Shown here piece by piece: positions 19,650-28,595 of a stretch of DNA of 64,000 bases. The translations under genes were made by a program, and so were the position numbers. The notes under the pieces were generated by a model. It was not told the origin of the DNA. It saw only the letters and a list, made by a program, of their open reading frames with translations, and searched no databases. Location: contig JBPOGH010000009.1 in assembly GCA_051252135.1 (NCBI GenBank), positions 96,001 to 160,000 of the forward strand, given 5' to 3'. The stretch comes from Verrucomicrobiaceae bacterium. Lineage in GTDB: Bacteria; Verrucomicrobiota; Verrucomicrobiia; Verrucomicrobiales; Akkermansiaceae. Positions within the stretch are counted from its first letter, which is position 1. Each line of letters opens with the position of its first letter.

Positions 19650-21581
19650 TTAGGCGAGGGTGCGGTGGTCTCCGTTGCGGGTGGTGATTTTATCGCGGTC
19701 GAGGCGTTCGAGGAGGGGCATGAGGACTTTGCGGGAGGTGCCGAGTTCCTGGCGGAGTTCGGAGGCGGTGGCTTGTCCGTTTTTTTGGAGGAAGGCGGTG
19801 ACGGTGGTGATGGCTCCCTGGTAGGCGTCTTTTGAAAGGGTGACCTTGGGGTCGAGGGGGATGATTTGTTTGGTGCGGGAGAGGAAGCGGTAGGCGGCCT
19901 CGTGGGCGGGGGTTTGCTGGAGTTCGCCGGGGAGGGGCGGGTTGAGGGCGGCGGAGTCGAGGGTGGCGATGATTTGGGCTGCGGGGGCTTCGAGCTCGGG
20001 TGGGAGTTCGAGGGCGTGGGACTCGTGGCAGACGATGTTTTCGGTGACGCGGAATTTGTTTTCAGCGAGCCAGGAGAGGAGGGCGTCGTAGAGGCCGGGG
20101 ATGCCGGTGGGGGAGCCGAGGTTTTTCTTGAGAAGCTCGGTGGACATGCCGGTGTGATCGGGGTGGGACTGGTGGTAGTCCTTGACGATGGAGGCGGTCT
20201 TTTGGGTGAGGTCTTTCCAGAAGTCGTTGTGGGCGAAGTGCTTATCTCCGATGGTGGCGAGGGTGTTGTCTTTGGTGAGTTTTTTGAGGGCGCTTTTGAT
20301 CTCGCTGGGTGCGAAGGGGAGGGAGGCGGAGAGTTGGGTGAGGGGGAGGAAGTGGTCGCGCTCGAGGTGGGTGCGGAGGAGGAGGGGGAGGTCGTGGGGG
20401 TCGGTGGCGCGCTCGATGAGGAAGTGTTGGCGGAGATCGTCGCGGAAGTGGCGTCGGTCGGGGTGGGGGTCGAGGACGACGGCGCCGCCGAGGGTGGCTT
20501 CGCCGGAGACTTCACGGAGGACGAGGTGTTCGCCGACGAGGGTGTGGACGGGGTGGTCGAAGCGGAGTTGGGCGAAGCCGGTGGCCCCGGGTGCGATGGC
20601 GGATCCTTCGGCAAGGAGAAGGCGGGCCTGGGAGCGGCCGGAGCCGTGGTGGACGTAGATGAGGTGGGCGTTTTTGAGCGGGCGCATGGTGCCCTTTTGT
20701 CCGGGGATGGGGCGGGTGGCACGGGTGATCTCGACGTCGATTTCAGTGGAGGGTTCGCCGGGGGAACCGCCGACGAGGAGGTGGCCACGGGAGATGCCTT
20801 TTTTGCCTTTGGAGGAAAGGGGGAGGTCGGGGAGGTTGAGCGCGGTGCGCATGCCGGGCTTGGCTTCGTCGAGGGAAGAGGAGTGATTTTGGATGGAGCG
20901 GATGTGAGCGTTGAGGCCGGAGGGGTAGGTGGTGAGTTTGTCTCCGGTCTTGAGGGTGCCGCTGGTGAGGGTGCCGGTGACGACGGTGCCGACGCCCTTG
21001 GGGGAGAAGGCGCGGTCGACGGCGAGTCGGGGCTGGCCGAAGTCGCGGGGCTGGGGGGTGTTCCAGAGGATATCGGTGATGGTTTGTTTGAGCTCGTCCA
21101 TGCCGAGGCCGGTGGGGGCGGAGACGGGGACGATGGGAGCGTCCTGGAGGGCGGTGCCCTTGAGGTCATCGGCGAGCATTTCGCGGACGAAGTCGATGTC
21201 ATCGCAGAGGTCAGCCTTGGTGAGGGCGATGACGAAGTTGTTGATGCCGAGGTAGGAGAGGATCTGGAGGTGTTCCTCGGATTGGGGCATCCAGGAGTCA
21301 TCGGCGGCGACGATGAAGATGGCGAGGTCGATGGCGCCGACTCCGGCGACCATGTTGTTGATAAAGTCGGCGTGGCCGGGGACGTCGACGACTCCGATCT
21401 CGAAGGTGTCATTTCCCGGAGGGGTGGGGAGGGAGAAGTGGGCGAAGCCGAGCTCGATGGTGACGCCGCGTTCCTGTTCCTCGGGGAGGCGGTCGGGATT
21501 GGTGCCGGTGAGGGTGTGGACGAGGGTGGATTTGCCGTGGTCGATGTGGCCGGCGGTGCCGATGATGTAGTGGCGGGGCAT
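19650..21581 (-). CDS. selB: Selenocysteine-specific translation elongation factor SelB
   Basis: IIGTAGHIDHGKS, DRLPEEQERGVTIELGF, DVPGH, TKAD; C-terminal winged helix LGTSRKVLMPLLERLD...RNGDHR. Confidence 0.95.
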   Translation of the reverse strand: MPRHYIIGTAGHIDHGKSTLVHTLTGTNPDRLPEEQERGVTIELGFAHFSLPTPPGNDTFEIGVVDVPGHADFINNMVAGVGAIDLAIFIVAADDSWMPQSEEHLQILSYLGINNFVIALTKADLCDDIDFVREMLADDLKGTALQDAPIVPVSAPTGLGMDELKQTITDILWNTPQPRDFGQPRLAVDRAFSPKGVGTVVTGTLTSGTLKTGDKLTTYPSGLNAHIRSIQNHSSSLDEAKPGMRTALNLPDLPLSSKGKKGISRGHLLVGGSPGEPSTEIDVEITRATRPIPGQKGTMRPLKNAHLIYVHHGSGRSQARLLLAEGSAIAPGATGFAQLRFDHPVHTLVGEHLVLREVSGEATLGGAVVLDPHPDRRHFRDDLRQHFLIERATDPHDLPLLLRTHLERDHFLPLTQLSASLPFAPSEIKSALKKLTKDNTLATIGDKHFAHNDFWKDLTQKTASIVKDYHQSHPDHTGMSTELLKKNLGSPTGIPGLYDALLSWLAENKFRVTENIVCHESHALELPPELEAPAAQIIATLDSAALNPPLPGELQQTPAHEAAYRFLSRTKQIIPLDPKVTLSKDAYQGAITTVTAFLQKNGQATASELRQELGTSRKVLMPLLERLDRDKITTRNGDHRTLA

Positions 21582-21636
21582 CTTCTGGGGGAAATACGAA
21601 ATTCTGGACGGGGGAGCTTTAAACGGGGGAAACCTA

Positions 21637-21849
21637 TTAAACGATGCCGGCGATGCGGCCTTTCTCAAAATCGTAGGGAGTCATTTCGAGTTTCACCCTG
21701 GTGCCGGCGGTGAGAGCGTCCTTTTGAGCGTTGAGGGATTTGGCAGGATGCCCGATGATTTCCTTACCGTTGGGGAGGCGGACGCGGAAGGCGCGGTCGC
21801 TGAGGGTGGAGAGGATTTCTCCGGTGGTGGTGATGGGCTCGGTGGGCAT
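21637..21849 (-). CDS. infA: Translation initiation factor IF-1-like protein (divergent paralogue)
   Basis: 70 aa: ITTTGEILSTL..RAFRVRLPNGKEIIGH...GTRVKLEMTPYDFEKGRI. IF-1 pattern but lacks the SGKMR-type loop. Confidence 0.75.
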   Translation of the reverse strand: MPTEPITTTGEILSTLSDRAFRVRLPNGKEIIGHPAKSLNAQKDALTAGTRVKLEMTPYDFEKGRIAGIV

Positions 21850-22073
21850 GGGCAGACGATGACGGATAGGCGCAAAATGTGAAGTCGTGAGGTGAAACCG
21901 GATTTTACTACTGAGGGTCAACGGGTTGTGTGACACCTTGATTTTGCTGATTTTTCCCGTGGTTTGGGGAGTTGGAGGCTGTGGTCAGGTTTCTGTTTGA
22001 CCGGAGGGGGAAAAAATCTTCAAGGTTAGGACTGACGATTTGTCTGCGAGGACATTTTTTAACAACAACGCAT

Positions 22074-22790
22074 ATGAAACACAGACTGATATTGATGGGT
22101 GCGCTGGGTGCAACGGCACTGGCGGCACAGGGGGCTTCGATTGGAATTAATCTCGGATCGGGGCGGACCGATGCCTCTCTGGGGGCCGGAGACGTGGCTG
22201 GAGTGGTCCCGCAGGGCAACTGGAATAACGCGGCGGGTAACAATGGGTCACTGGCTGTTCTTAATACCGACGCGGGAACTGCCAGCGGAGCCAGTGTGAC
22301 TTGGGCAACGGATGAGCAATGGAGTGTGGGAACGGGCCCTGCTGATGCAAATGGAACGCTTCTCAATGGTTTTGTTTCCGAGAATAACAATGACGGTTCC
22401 CAGATTTCGATCACGGGGATTCCTTTCACGGTTTATGATCTCTACGTTTATGTGAGCCACGACCGAGCGGGTGAGGACGTGATTTTGGGTGAGACCAACA
22501 ATCTCTTTGCCGACTTTACGGCGATCGAGAGCGATACGGATATTACCTCGCCAGTGAGCTTTGTGCAGCAGACGACCTCCGGGACAGGCAGCGGAAACTT
22601 TGTGGTCTTTTCGGGCCTCACCGCAGCCAATCTGGAGCTGACGATGGGCGCGATTGATGCAAACAGTCCGGGTGGAACGATCGATCGTAACGCGATCGCG
22701 GCTGTCCAGATTGTGCAGGTGCCCGAGCCTTCAAGCAGTGTGTTGGCGGCATTGGCCGCATTGGGCTTGATTGGCCGCCGCCGCCGTTAG
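22074..22790 (+). CDS. PEP-CTERM protein carrying the 'GINLGS...QxNWNN' domain
   Basis: MKHRLILMGALGATALAAQG signal peptide; ends VPEPSSSVLAALAALGLIGRRRR. Confidence 0.9.
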   Translation: MKHRLILMGALGATALAAQGASIGINLGSGRTDASLGAGDVAGVVPQGNWNNAAGNNGSLAVLNTDAGTASGASVTWATDEQWSVGTGPADANGTLLNGFVSENNNDGSQISITGIPFTVYDLYVYVSHDRAGEDVILGETNNLFADFTAIESDTDITSPVSFVQQTTSGTGSGNFVVFSGLTAANLELTMGAIDANSPGGTIDRNAIAAVQIVQVPEPSSSVLAALAALGLIGRRRR

Positions 22791-22831
22791 TCGACCCGAC
22801 CTATCCGGGTTTGTCCCGGATAAATGATTTC

Positions 22832-22868
22832 AACGGTCGCAGGTGGTCATCGCTTGCGACCGTTTTTT
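22832..22868 (+). terminator. Rho-independent terminator
   Basis: AACGGTCGCAGGTG...CGCTTGCGACCGTT followed by a T-run. Confidence 0.7.
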
Positions 22869-22918
22869 CTCTGCAATTTACCCTGATCCGAGAACCTACG
22901 CATCAACTTTAAACGACT

Positions 22919-25213
22919 ATGAAACGAGACACTTTTTTTGTCGCTGCCATTATAGGTGGCGTCTTTTCCTTCCAATTAAATGCTCAGCAAATTGGGATTA
23001 ACCTTGGGTCGAACCGTGCTGACTCAGCGCTGGATCCCACCGACTCTGCAGGAGCGGTTCCCCAAGAGAACTGGAACAACACCGGAGGTGCCAATGGCGG
23101 CCCTTTGGCTTTGGTGGATAGCCTGGGTGATGCGACGACTGCGGAAGTGACGTGGGCAACTGACGAGGAATGGAGCGTCGGGGGCACCCCGGCGGATGCC
23201 AATGGCAAGCTGCTCAACGGGTTTGTATCGGAGAACAATAATGATGGCTCCCAAATCACCATTACGGGAATCCCATTTCAGCTCTACGATCTTTATGTGT
23301 ATGTGAGCCACGACCGAGCGAATGAGGATGTTATTTTGGGGGAGACGAACGGGTTGTTTGCGGATTTTACTGCGATCGAGAATGATACCGACATCACGGC
23401 TGCGGTGACTTTTGAAGAGCAGGCGGTTTCCGGTGAGGGGACGGGTAACTACGTTCTCTTTACCGGGCTTACAGCAACGGATATTGAAGTGGTGCTGTCT
23501 GCGATCGATACCAACAATCCGGCGGGATCGATTGATCGCAACGCGATTTCCGGGATTCAGATTGTCAACGTTTCCTTGGACGATCTCGATAGTGACGGGT
23601 TGATTGACGCGTGGGAGATTAATTTCGGGTTGGATCCGACTGACGATGGTTCGGTTGATCCCAACAATGGTCCTGATGGTGATCCTGATGGTGATAGTTC
23701 TTCAAACCTAGAGGAGCAAACCCGGGCGACCGATCCGACCAAAAATGATACCGATGGTGATACCATCTGGGATGGCTATGAAACTGGCGATGGAAATTGG
23801 GTGAGCGCGACGGAGACCGGGACGGATCCGCTGAAAAAGGATTCGGATGGAGACACGCTGAATGACAATGTGGAGGACAACGGCGGGGTGCTGGTGGATG
23901 CGGCGACGATGACGGGAACGAATCCCAACAAGGCGGATACCGATGAGGATGGTCTGCGGGACGATTGGGAGATCATTAATATGTTTGACCCTTTTGATGA
24001 TGGATCTACGGATGTTAATAATGGTCCTACTGGTGATCCGGACAGCGATGATCTCGATAATGCGGGTGAGCAGACTGCGGGAACCGATCCGCGCGATGAC
24101 GATACCGATGACGATACCCTGTTGGACGGGGTTGAGACGAATGACGGAAATTATGTCGATGCGACGGCGACGGGAACCGACCCACTGGATGCCGATAGTG
24201 ACGGCGATACGTTGGGCGACGGGGTGGAGGACAACACGGGGACGTTGGTTGATGAGACGATGACGGGGACCAATCCCAATCTTGCGGATACGGATGGGGA
24301 TTATTTGAGGGATGACTGGGAAATTGCCCACTCCCTTGATCCGTCTGATCCGTCGGACAATGTGCCATCCCAAGGGGGGATTGGGCTTAACTTAGGTTCG
24401 AACCGTGCGGATGCGGCGTTGCTGGCTACGGATGTGACGGGAGCCTTTCCGCAGGCGAACTGGAACAATCTGGGTGGTTCCAGCGGTGGGCCGCTGGTAC
24501 TTTTGGATGATACCGGATCGGATGTGGGAGCGAGTGTCACCTGGCAGATGGATGAGGAATGGAGCGCAACGGGGCCGGCGGCCGATGCCAACGGGACTCT
24601 GATGACCGGTTGGTTTTCAGCAAATAACGGGGGGGCCAGCAATACGATCGACATCACGAACATTCCTTATGGGTCTTATGATGTGGTGTTTTATTACAAT
24701 CACGATCGCGGTGGGGAGATCACCGAGGTGAGTGAGGCGAACAATGCGTTCCCGGTTGTTTCCCTGCGGGAGCGGAATCCTGACATTTTGGCGGCACTTT
24801 CATTCCAGCAGCAAGTTGACAGCACGTTTGATGTGGCGAATGCCCGGGGTGATTTTCATGTGATCTCGGGGCTGAGCAGTCCGACGCTCAATTTGCTGGT
24901 CAATGCGGGCACCAATGACCGGGGTCCTCTGACGGGGATCCAGTTGGTGAACCGTGGCGGTGGTGGCGGTCTGAGCATTACCGAGATCGCGGTGGATGCG
25001 GGGGACGGAACGGTGGCTCTGACATGGGCGTCATCGCCGGGGCGGACCTATTCGATCGATACGAGTCTTGATTTGGCCGAGGGGAGTTGGCTGGAGGTGG
25101 TGGACAATGTTTCCTCGGCGGGAACTTCGACCACGGAGTCGATCAGCGGAATTGATTTTGGAACGGACCGGAAGAGGTTTTTCCGGGTTCGTCAGGTCTC
25201 CAACGCCCAATAA
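22919..25213 (+). CDS. Secreted protein: two 'GINLGS...NWNN' domains around thrombospondin-3-like DxDxD Ca-binding repeats; C-terminal F-x-R domain
   Basis: 764 aa. Repeated GTDP..DxDxD units; ends KRFFRVRQVSNAQ. Confidence 0.88.
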   Translation: MKRDTFFVAAIIGGVFSFQLNAQQIGINLGSNRADSALDPTDSAGAVPQENWNNTGGANGGPLALVDSLGDATTAEVTWATDEEWSVGGTPADANGKLLNGFVSENNNDGSQITITGIPFQLYDLYVYVSHDRANEDVILGETNGLFADFTAIENDTDITAAVTFEEQAVSGEGTGNYVLFTGLTATDIEVVLSAIDTNNPAGSIDRNAISGIQIVNVSLDDLDSDGLIDAWEINFGLDPTDDGSVDPNNGPDGDPDGDSSSNLEEQTRATDPTKNDTDGDTIWDGYETGDGNWVSATETGTDPLKKDSDGDTLNDNVEDNGGVLVDAATMTGTNPNKADTDEDGLRDDWEIINMFDPFDDGSTDVNNGPTGDPDSDDLDNAGEQTAGTDPRDDDTDDDTLLDGVETNDGNYVDATATGTDPLDADSDGDTLGDGVEDNTGTLVDETMTGTNPNLADTDGDYLRDDWEIAHSLDPSDPSDNVPSQGGIGLNLGSNRADAALLATDVTGAFPQANWNNLGGSSGGPLVLLDDTGSDVGASVTWQMDEEWSATGPAADANGTLMTGWFSANNGGASNTIDITNIPYGSYDVVFYYNHDRGGEITEVSEANNAFPVVSLRERNPDILAALSFQQQVDSTFDVANARGDFHVISGLSSPTLNLLVNAGTNDRGPLTGIQLVNRGGGGGLSITEIAVDAGDGTVALTWASSPGRTYSIDTSLDLAEGSWLEVVDNVSSAGTSTTESISGIDFGTDRKRFFRVRQVSNAQ

Positions 25214-25219
25214 CAAACC

Positions 25220-28200
25220 GTGGCCAGTTCCCGAATTCATCGAAGGGGCAGTGAGACAGCAGTGGCGATCACGATGGTGGTCGCTGCTTTGTCATGGTGT
25301 GCTGCTGACGAGGTGAGGTCCTTGCCTCAGAGGGATTCCTCTGCTGTCGGTGTTCCGCTTTTTTCCCCGATCGATCCGGGGACGAGCGGAGTGGATGTCA
25401 CCAACGAGTTGATGGAATCCCATCCGATGGCGCGGCTCTACTACAGCGGTTTTGCTTGTGGTGGGGTGGTGATGGAGGATTTCAATGGGGATGGGAGAAG
25501 GGATTTGTTCTTCACGGGTGGAGCGGGGGAGAATCGGTTGTTCTTGCAAGAGGAAGCTGCCTTTGAATTCCGTGAGGTGACGAAGGAGGCGGGTGTGGGT
25601 GGTGGTGAGCGGTGGTCATCGGGTGCGGTGGCGGCGGATATCGACGGTGATGCGGATATGGATTTGGTGGTGTGCAATTATGACGAGCCGCCGTTTCTTT
25701 TTATTAACGACGGGAGCGGCGTCTTTGTGGATCGTGCGAGGGAGTGCGGGATCACCCAGATAGATCCATACATGATGCCGACGGTCAGTGATTATGACCG
25801 AGATGGTGATTTGGATTTGTTTTTGGTTTCGAATCAACTGTATCGGGAAGGAGGACGTCCAGCGCAGCCGCCCTTTGAAACCGGTCCTGACGGGAGGCCG
25901 AGGGTGAAGAAGGAATTTGAGCGTTTCTATGCCCTGAAGCCGAAGGTGGGGGGGGGTTACAGTATGGATGTGACGGGGCGTCCCGACCTTTTGTTGAGGA
26001 ATGATTCGGGAGGGGAAGGGTTGCCGAAGTTTACCGATGTGACGGTAGGGGCCGGAGTGGGGAAGAAGGGATTTGGTCTGAGTGCGACGTGGTGGGATTT
26101 TAACAATGATGGCTGGCCGGATCTTCATGTGGGGAATGATTTCAGTGAGCCGGACCGGCTGTATTTTAATCGGGGAGACGGGACCTTTGTGGATATTGCC
26201 TCGCAGGCGTTTCCGCACTCGGCCTGGTTCTCGATGGGAGCGGACACGGCGGATGTGAACGGGGATGGTTTTGAGGATTTGTTCTGTGCGGATATGGCCT
26301 TTACGACGCACTACAAGCAGAAGGTGGGGATGGGCCAGATGGGGGCGAAGCAGGCACTTCTTGAGTCGATTCAACCACTTCAGGTGATGCGTAATCACTT
26401 GTTTTTGAACACGGGTCAGGGGCCGTTTCGGGAAGCCGCCCAATTGGCGGGGATTGCCAAGACGGATTGGACCTGGGGGGTGAAGTTTCAGGATCTGGAT
26501 CTGGATGGGCGGAAAGACCTCTTTGTTGCCAATGGTGCGATTCGTTCGTTCAACCATTCCGACCATGATGCCGATACGAATTCGCGAGTGGGCAAAACGG
26601 TGTGGGATTTGTGGAAGGATACGCCGCCGAGGCCGGAGGCGAATTTGGCGTTCCGGAATCTGGGGGACATCAAATTTGAGAACACAGCGAAGGAATGGGG
26701 GCTTGATCATACGGGTGTGAATCACGGGATCGCCTGTGGGGATTTGGATGGTGATGGCGATCCTGATTTGGTGGTGACGGGGATCAATGAGCCGGTGAAG
26801 ATTTACCGGAACAACAGCATCTCGGCGTTGCTCACGGTGAGCTTGAAGGGCAGAGGGCTGAATGCGTCCGGTGTGGGAGCGGTGGTGAAGCTGGAGGGTG
26901 AAGGTGGGGAAACGCAGTCATCGATCATGCGCCCCGGGAATGGTTATTTGACGACTTCACCGAATGAACTGATTTTTGGGTTGGGCGGGGGAATGAAGCC
27001 GGTTCGGTTGGTGGTCGATTGGCCGAATGGGACGACTCAAACGGTGGAGGGCCCGGAGGCCGGCAAGCGCTATGTGATTGAGGAGAATGGTCAGGGGAAG
27101 GTGGCGGAGAAGAAGCTGGTGCCGATTTTTGGGGCGCCCGCACTTTTTGGGGAGATTGTGCACCGGGAGGCGATTGTGGATGACTTTGCAAAGCAGCCTT
27201 TGTTGCCCCACAAGTTATCGCAGTTGGGGAAAGCCCACAGTTGGGCGGATGTGGACGGTGACGGTGATCTTGATCTTTATCATGGGGGCGGGAGCGGGTA
27301 TCCCGGTGGGCTTTACCTGAATGAAGGTCGGGGAAAATTCGTACTTTCGGAGCAGGCGGAGTTGTTAAAGGACCGGATGAGGGAGGATGCGGCGTCGGCG
27401 TTCTTTGATGCGGATGGAGACGGGGACTCCGATCTTTATGTCGCGAGCGGGAGTTATGAGGATGCGATGGGGGCGGAGGACTTGCGGGATCGGCTTTATC
27501 TTAATGATGGGAAGGGGAATTTGGTTGCCGCGGTTCTTCCCGATCTTCGTGATGTTGGTTCCTGTGTGGTGCCCTCGGACGTCGATGGTGATGGGGACCT
27601 TGATTTGTTTGTGGGGAGTCGGGTGATTCCGGGGGAGTATCCGCTTCCAGCGACGAGTCGGCTTCTTGTGAACGAGTCGGCAAATGGAGAGGTGCGTTTC
27701 GTGGAGCGGACGGGAATTTTTGAGGAGGTGGGGATCGTGACGGATGCGATCTGGGTTGATGTGGATGGTGACGAGGATGAGGATCTTTTGGTGAGCCAGG
27801 AGTGGGGAGCGGTTCTTTTGTTTCGCAATGAATCGGGGAAGCTGACCAAGGAGGAGACGGGATCGGGTCTTGGTTGGTGGACGCGGCTTGAGGCCGCTGA
27901 TGTGGATGGCGATGGTGATGTGGATGTGGCGGTGGGAAATTTCGGGTTGAACACGAAGTATCATGCGAACAAGGAGCATCCGGCGTTGATCTACTACGGG
28001 GATTTGATTGGAGGAGGGAGTCCGCAGATCATTGAGGCGGAGTATGAAAATGACGTTCTCTTTCCGGTGCGCGGGAAGAGTTGTTCAACGGCGGCGATGC
28101 CCCAGTTGGCGAACAAGTTTAAGACCTTCCATGCCTTTGCGGGGTCGGCGCTCGATGAGATTTATCCGAAGCAGGGGATCGATTCGGCCCGGAAGTTTAC

Positions 28201-28585
28201 GTGCGATACTTTGGAATCGGGGTTGCTGATCAACGATGGGGCAGGAGTGTTTTCTTTTAAGGCTTTCCCACGGGAGGTGCAGATTGCGCCGGTGCAGGGG
28301 TTCGTGTTTTCGGATCTGAATGGCGATGGTCATGTGGATCTTCTGGTGGCGCAGAATTTTTTGAATCCGCAATTTGAAACGGGGCCCTATGGTGGGGGCA
28401 CGGGGGTGATGCTTGCCGGTGATGGTCGGGGAGGTTTTTCTCCGGTTCATCCAACAGAAAGCGGTGTCCTTCTGAGGGGAGATCCCCGGGGATTGGAGCT
28501 AGAGGATGTCGATGGCGATGGTCTTCCGGATTTGGTCTGCCCCCTCAACAATGGTCCATTGGTTTGGCAACGGAGGAATCCGTAA
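25220..28585 (+). CDS. CRTAC1/ASPIC-UnbV family FG-GAP repeat protein
   Basis: Many DxDGDGDxDL repeats; FSMGADTAD; TDWTWG; ASPIC-like GYLT...LIFGLG...VDWPNG segment. Start may be 25274. Confidence 0.88.
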   Translation: MASSRIHRRGSETAVAITMVVAALSWCAADEVRSLPQRDSSAVGVPLFSPIDPGTSGVDVTNELMESHPMARLYYSGFACGGVVMEDFNGDGRRDLFFTGGAGENRLFLQEEAAFEFREVTKEAGVGGGERWSSGAVAADIDGDADMDLVVCNYDEPPFLFINDGSGVFVDRARECGITQIDPYMMPTVSDYDRDGDLDLFLVSNQLYREGGRPAQPPFETGPDGRPRVKKEFERFYALKPKVGGGYSMDVTGRPDLLLRNDSGGEGLPKFTDVTVGAGVGKKGFGLSATWWDFNNDGWPDLHVGNDFSEPDRLYFNRGDGTFVDIASQAFPHSAWFSMGADTADVNGDGFEDLFCADMAFTTHYKQKVGMGQMGAKQALLESIQPLQVMRNHLFLNTGQGPFREAAQLAGIAKTDWTWGVKFQDLDLDGRKDLFVANGAIRSFNHSDHDADTNSRVGKTVWDLWKDTPPRPEANLAFRNLGDIKFENTAKEWGLDHTGVNHGIACGDLDGDGDPDLVVTGINEPVKIYRNNSISALLTVSLKGRGLNASGVGAVVKLEGEGGETQSSIMRPGNGYLTTSPNELIFGLGGGMKPVRLVVDWPNGTTQTVEGPEAGKRYVIEENGQGKVAEKKLVPIFGAPALFGEIVHREAIVDDFAKQPLLPHKLSQLGKAHSWADVDGDGDLDLYHGGGSGYPGGLYLNEGRGKFVLSEQAELLKDRMREDAASAFFDADGDGDSDLYVASGSYEDAMGAEDLRDRLYLNDGKGNLVAAVLPDLRDVGSCVVPSDVDGDGDLDLFVGSRVIPGEYPLPATSRLLVNESANGEVRFVERTGIFEEVGIVTDAIWVDVDGDEDEDLLVSQEWGAVLLFRNESGKLTKEETGSGLGWWTRLEAADVDGDGDVDVAVGNFGLNTKYHANKEHPALIYYGDLIGGGSPQIIEAEYENDVLFPVRGKSCSTAAMPQLANKFKTFHAFAGSALDEIYPKQGIDSARKFTCDTLESGLLINDGAGVFSFKAFPREVQIAPVQGFVFSDLNGDGHVDLLVAQNFLNPQFETGPYGGGTGVMLAGDGRGGFSPVHPTESGVLLRGDPRGLELEDVDGDGLPDLVCPLNNGPLVWQRRNP

Positions 28586-28595
28586 TTTTTTTCTT

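Noticed and set aside
19591..19650. Possible selenocysteine UGA read-through near selB or in other TGA-ending genes
   Set aside because: The TGA-ending genes already have complete C-termini; I saw no redox-motif context or tRNA-Sec by eye. A bSECIS search was not run.
15..21713. Numerous long Pro/Ser/Thr-rich or Gly/Glu/Val-rich ORFs (e.g. 649-1539, 2370-3917, 2716-4119, 9868-11787, 11969-13804, 19430-21412, 19866-21713)
   Set aside because: Shifted-frame or antisense shadows of real genes, produced by high GC and extreme codon skew; no motifs.
23580..24360. Repeated GGAACCGATCC/GATGACGAT-type DNA units suggesting CRISPR or DGR
   Set aside because: They encode in-frame TSP3-like DxDxD repeats with synonymous variation; no constant repeat-spacer pattern and no RT or cas genes.
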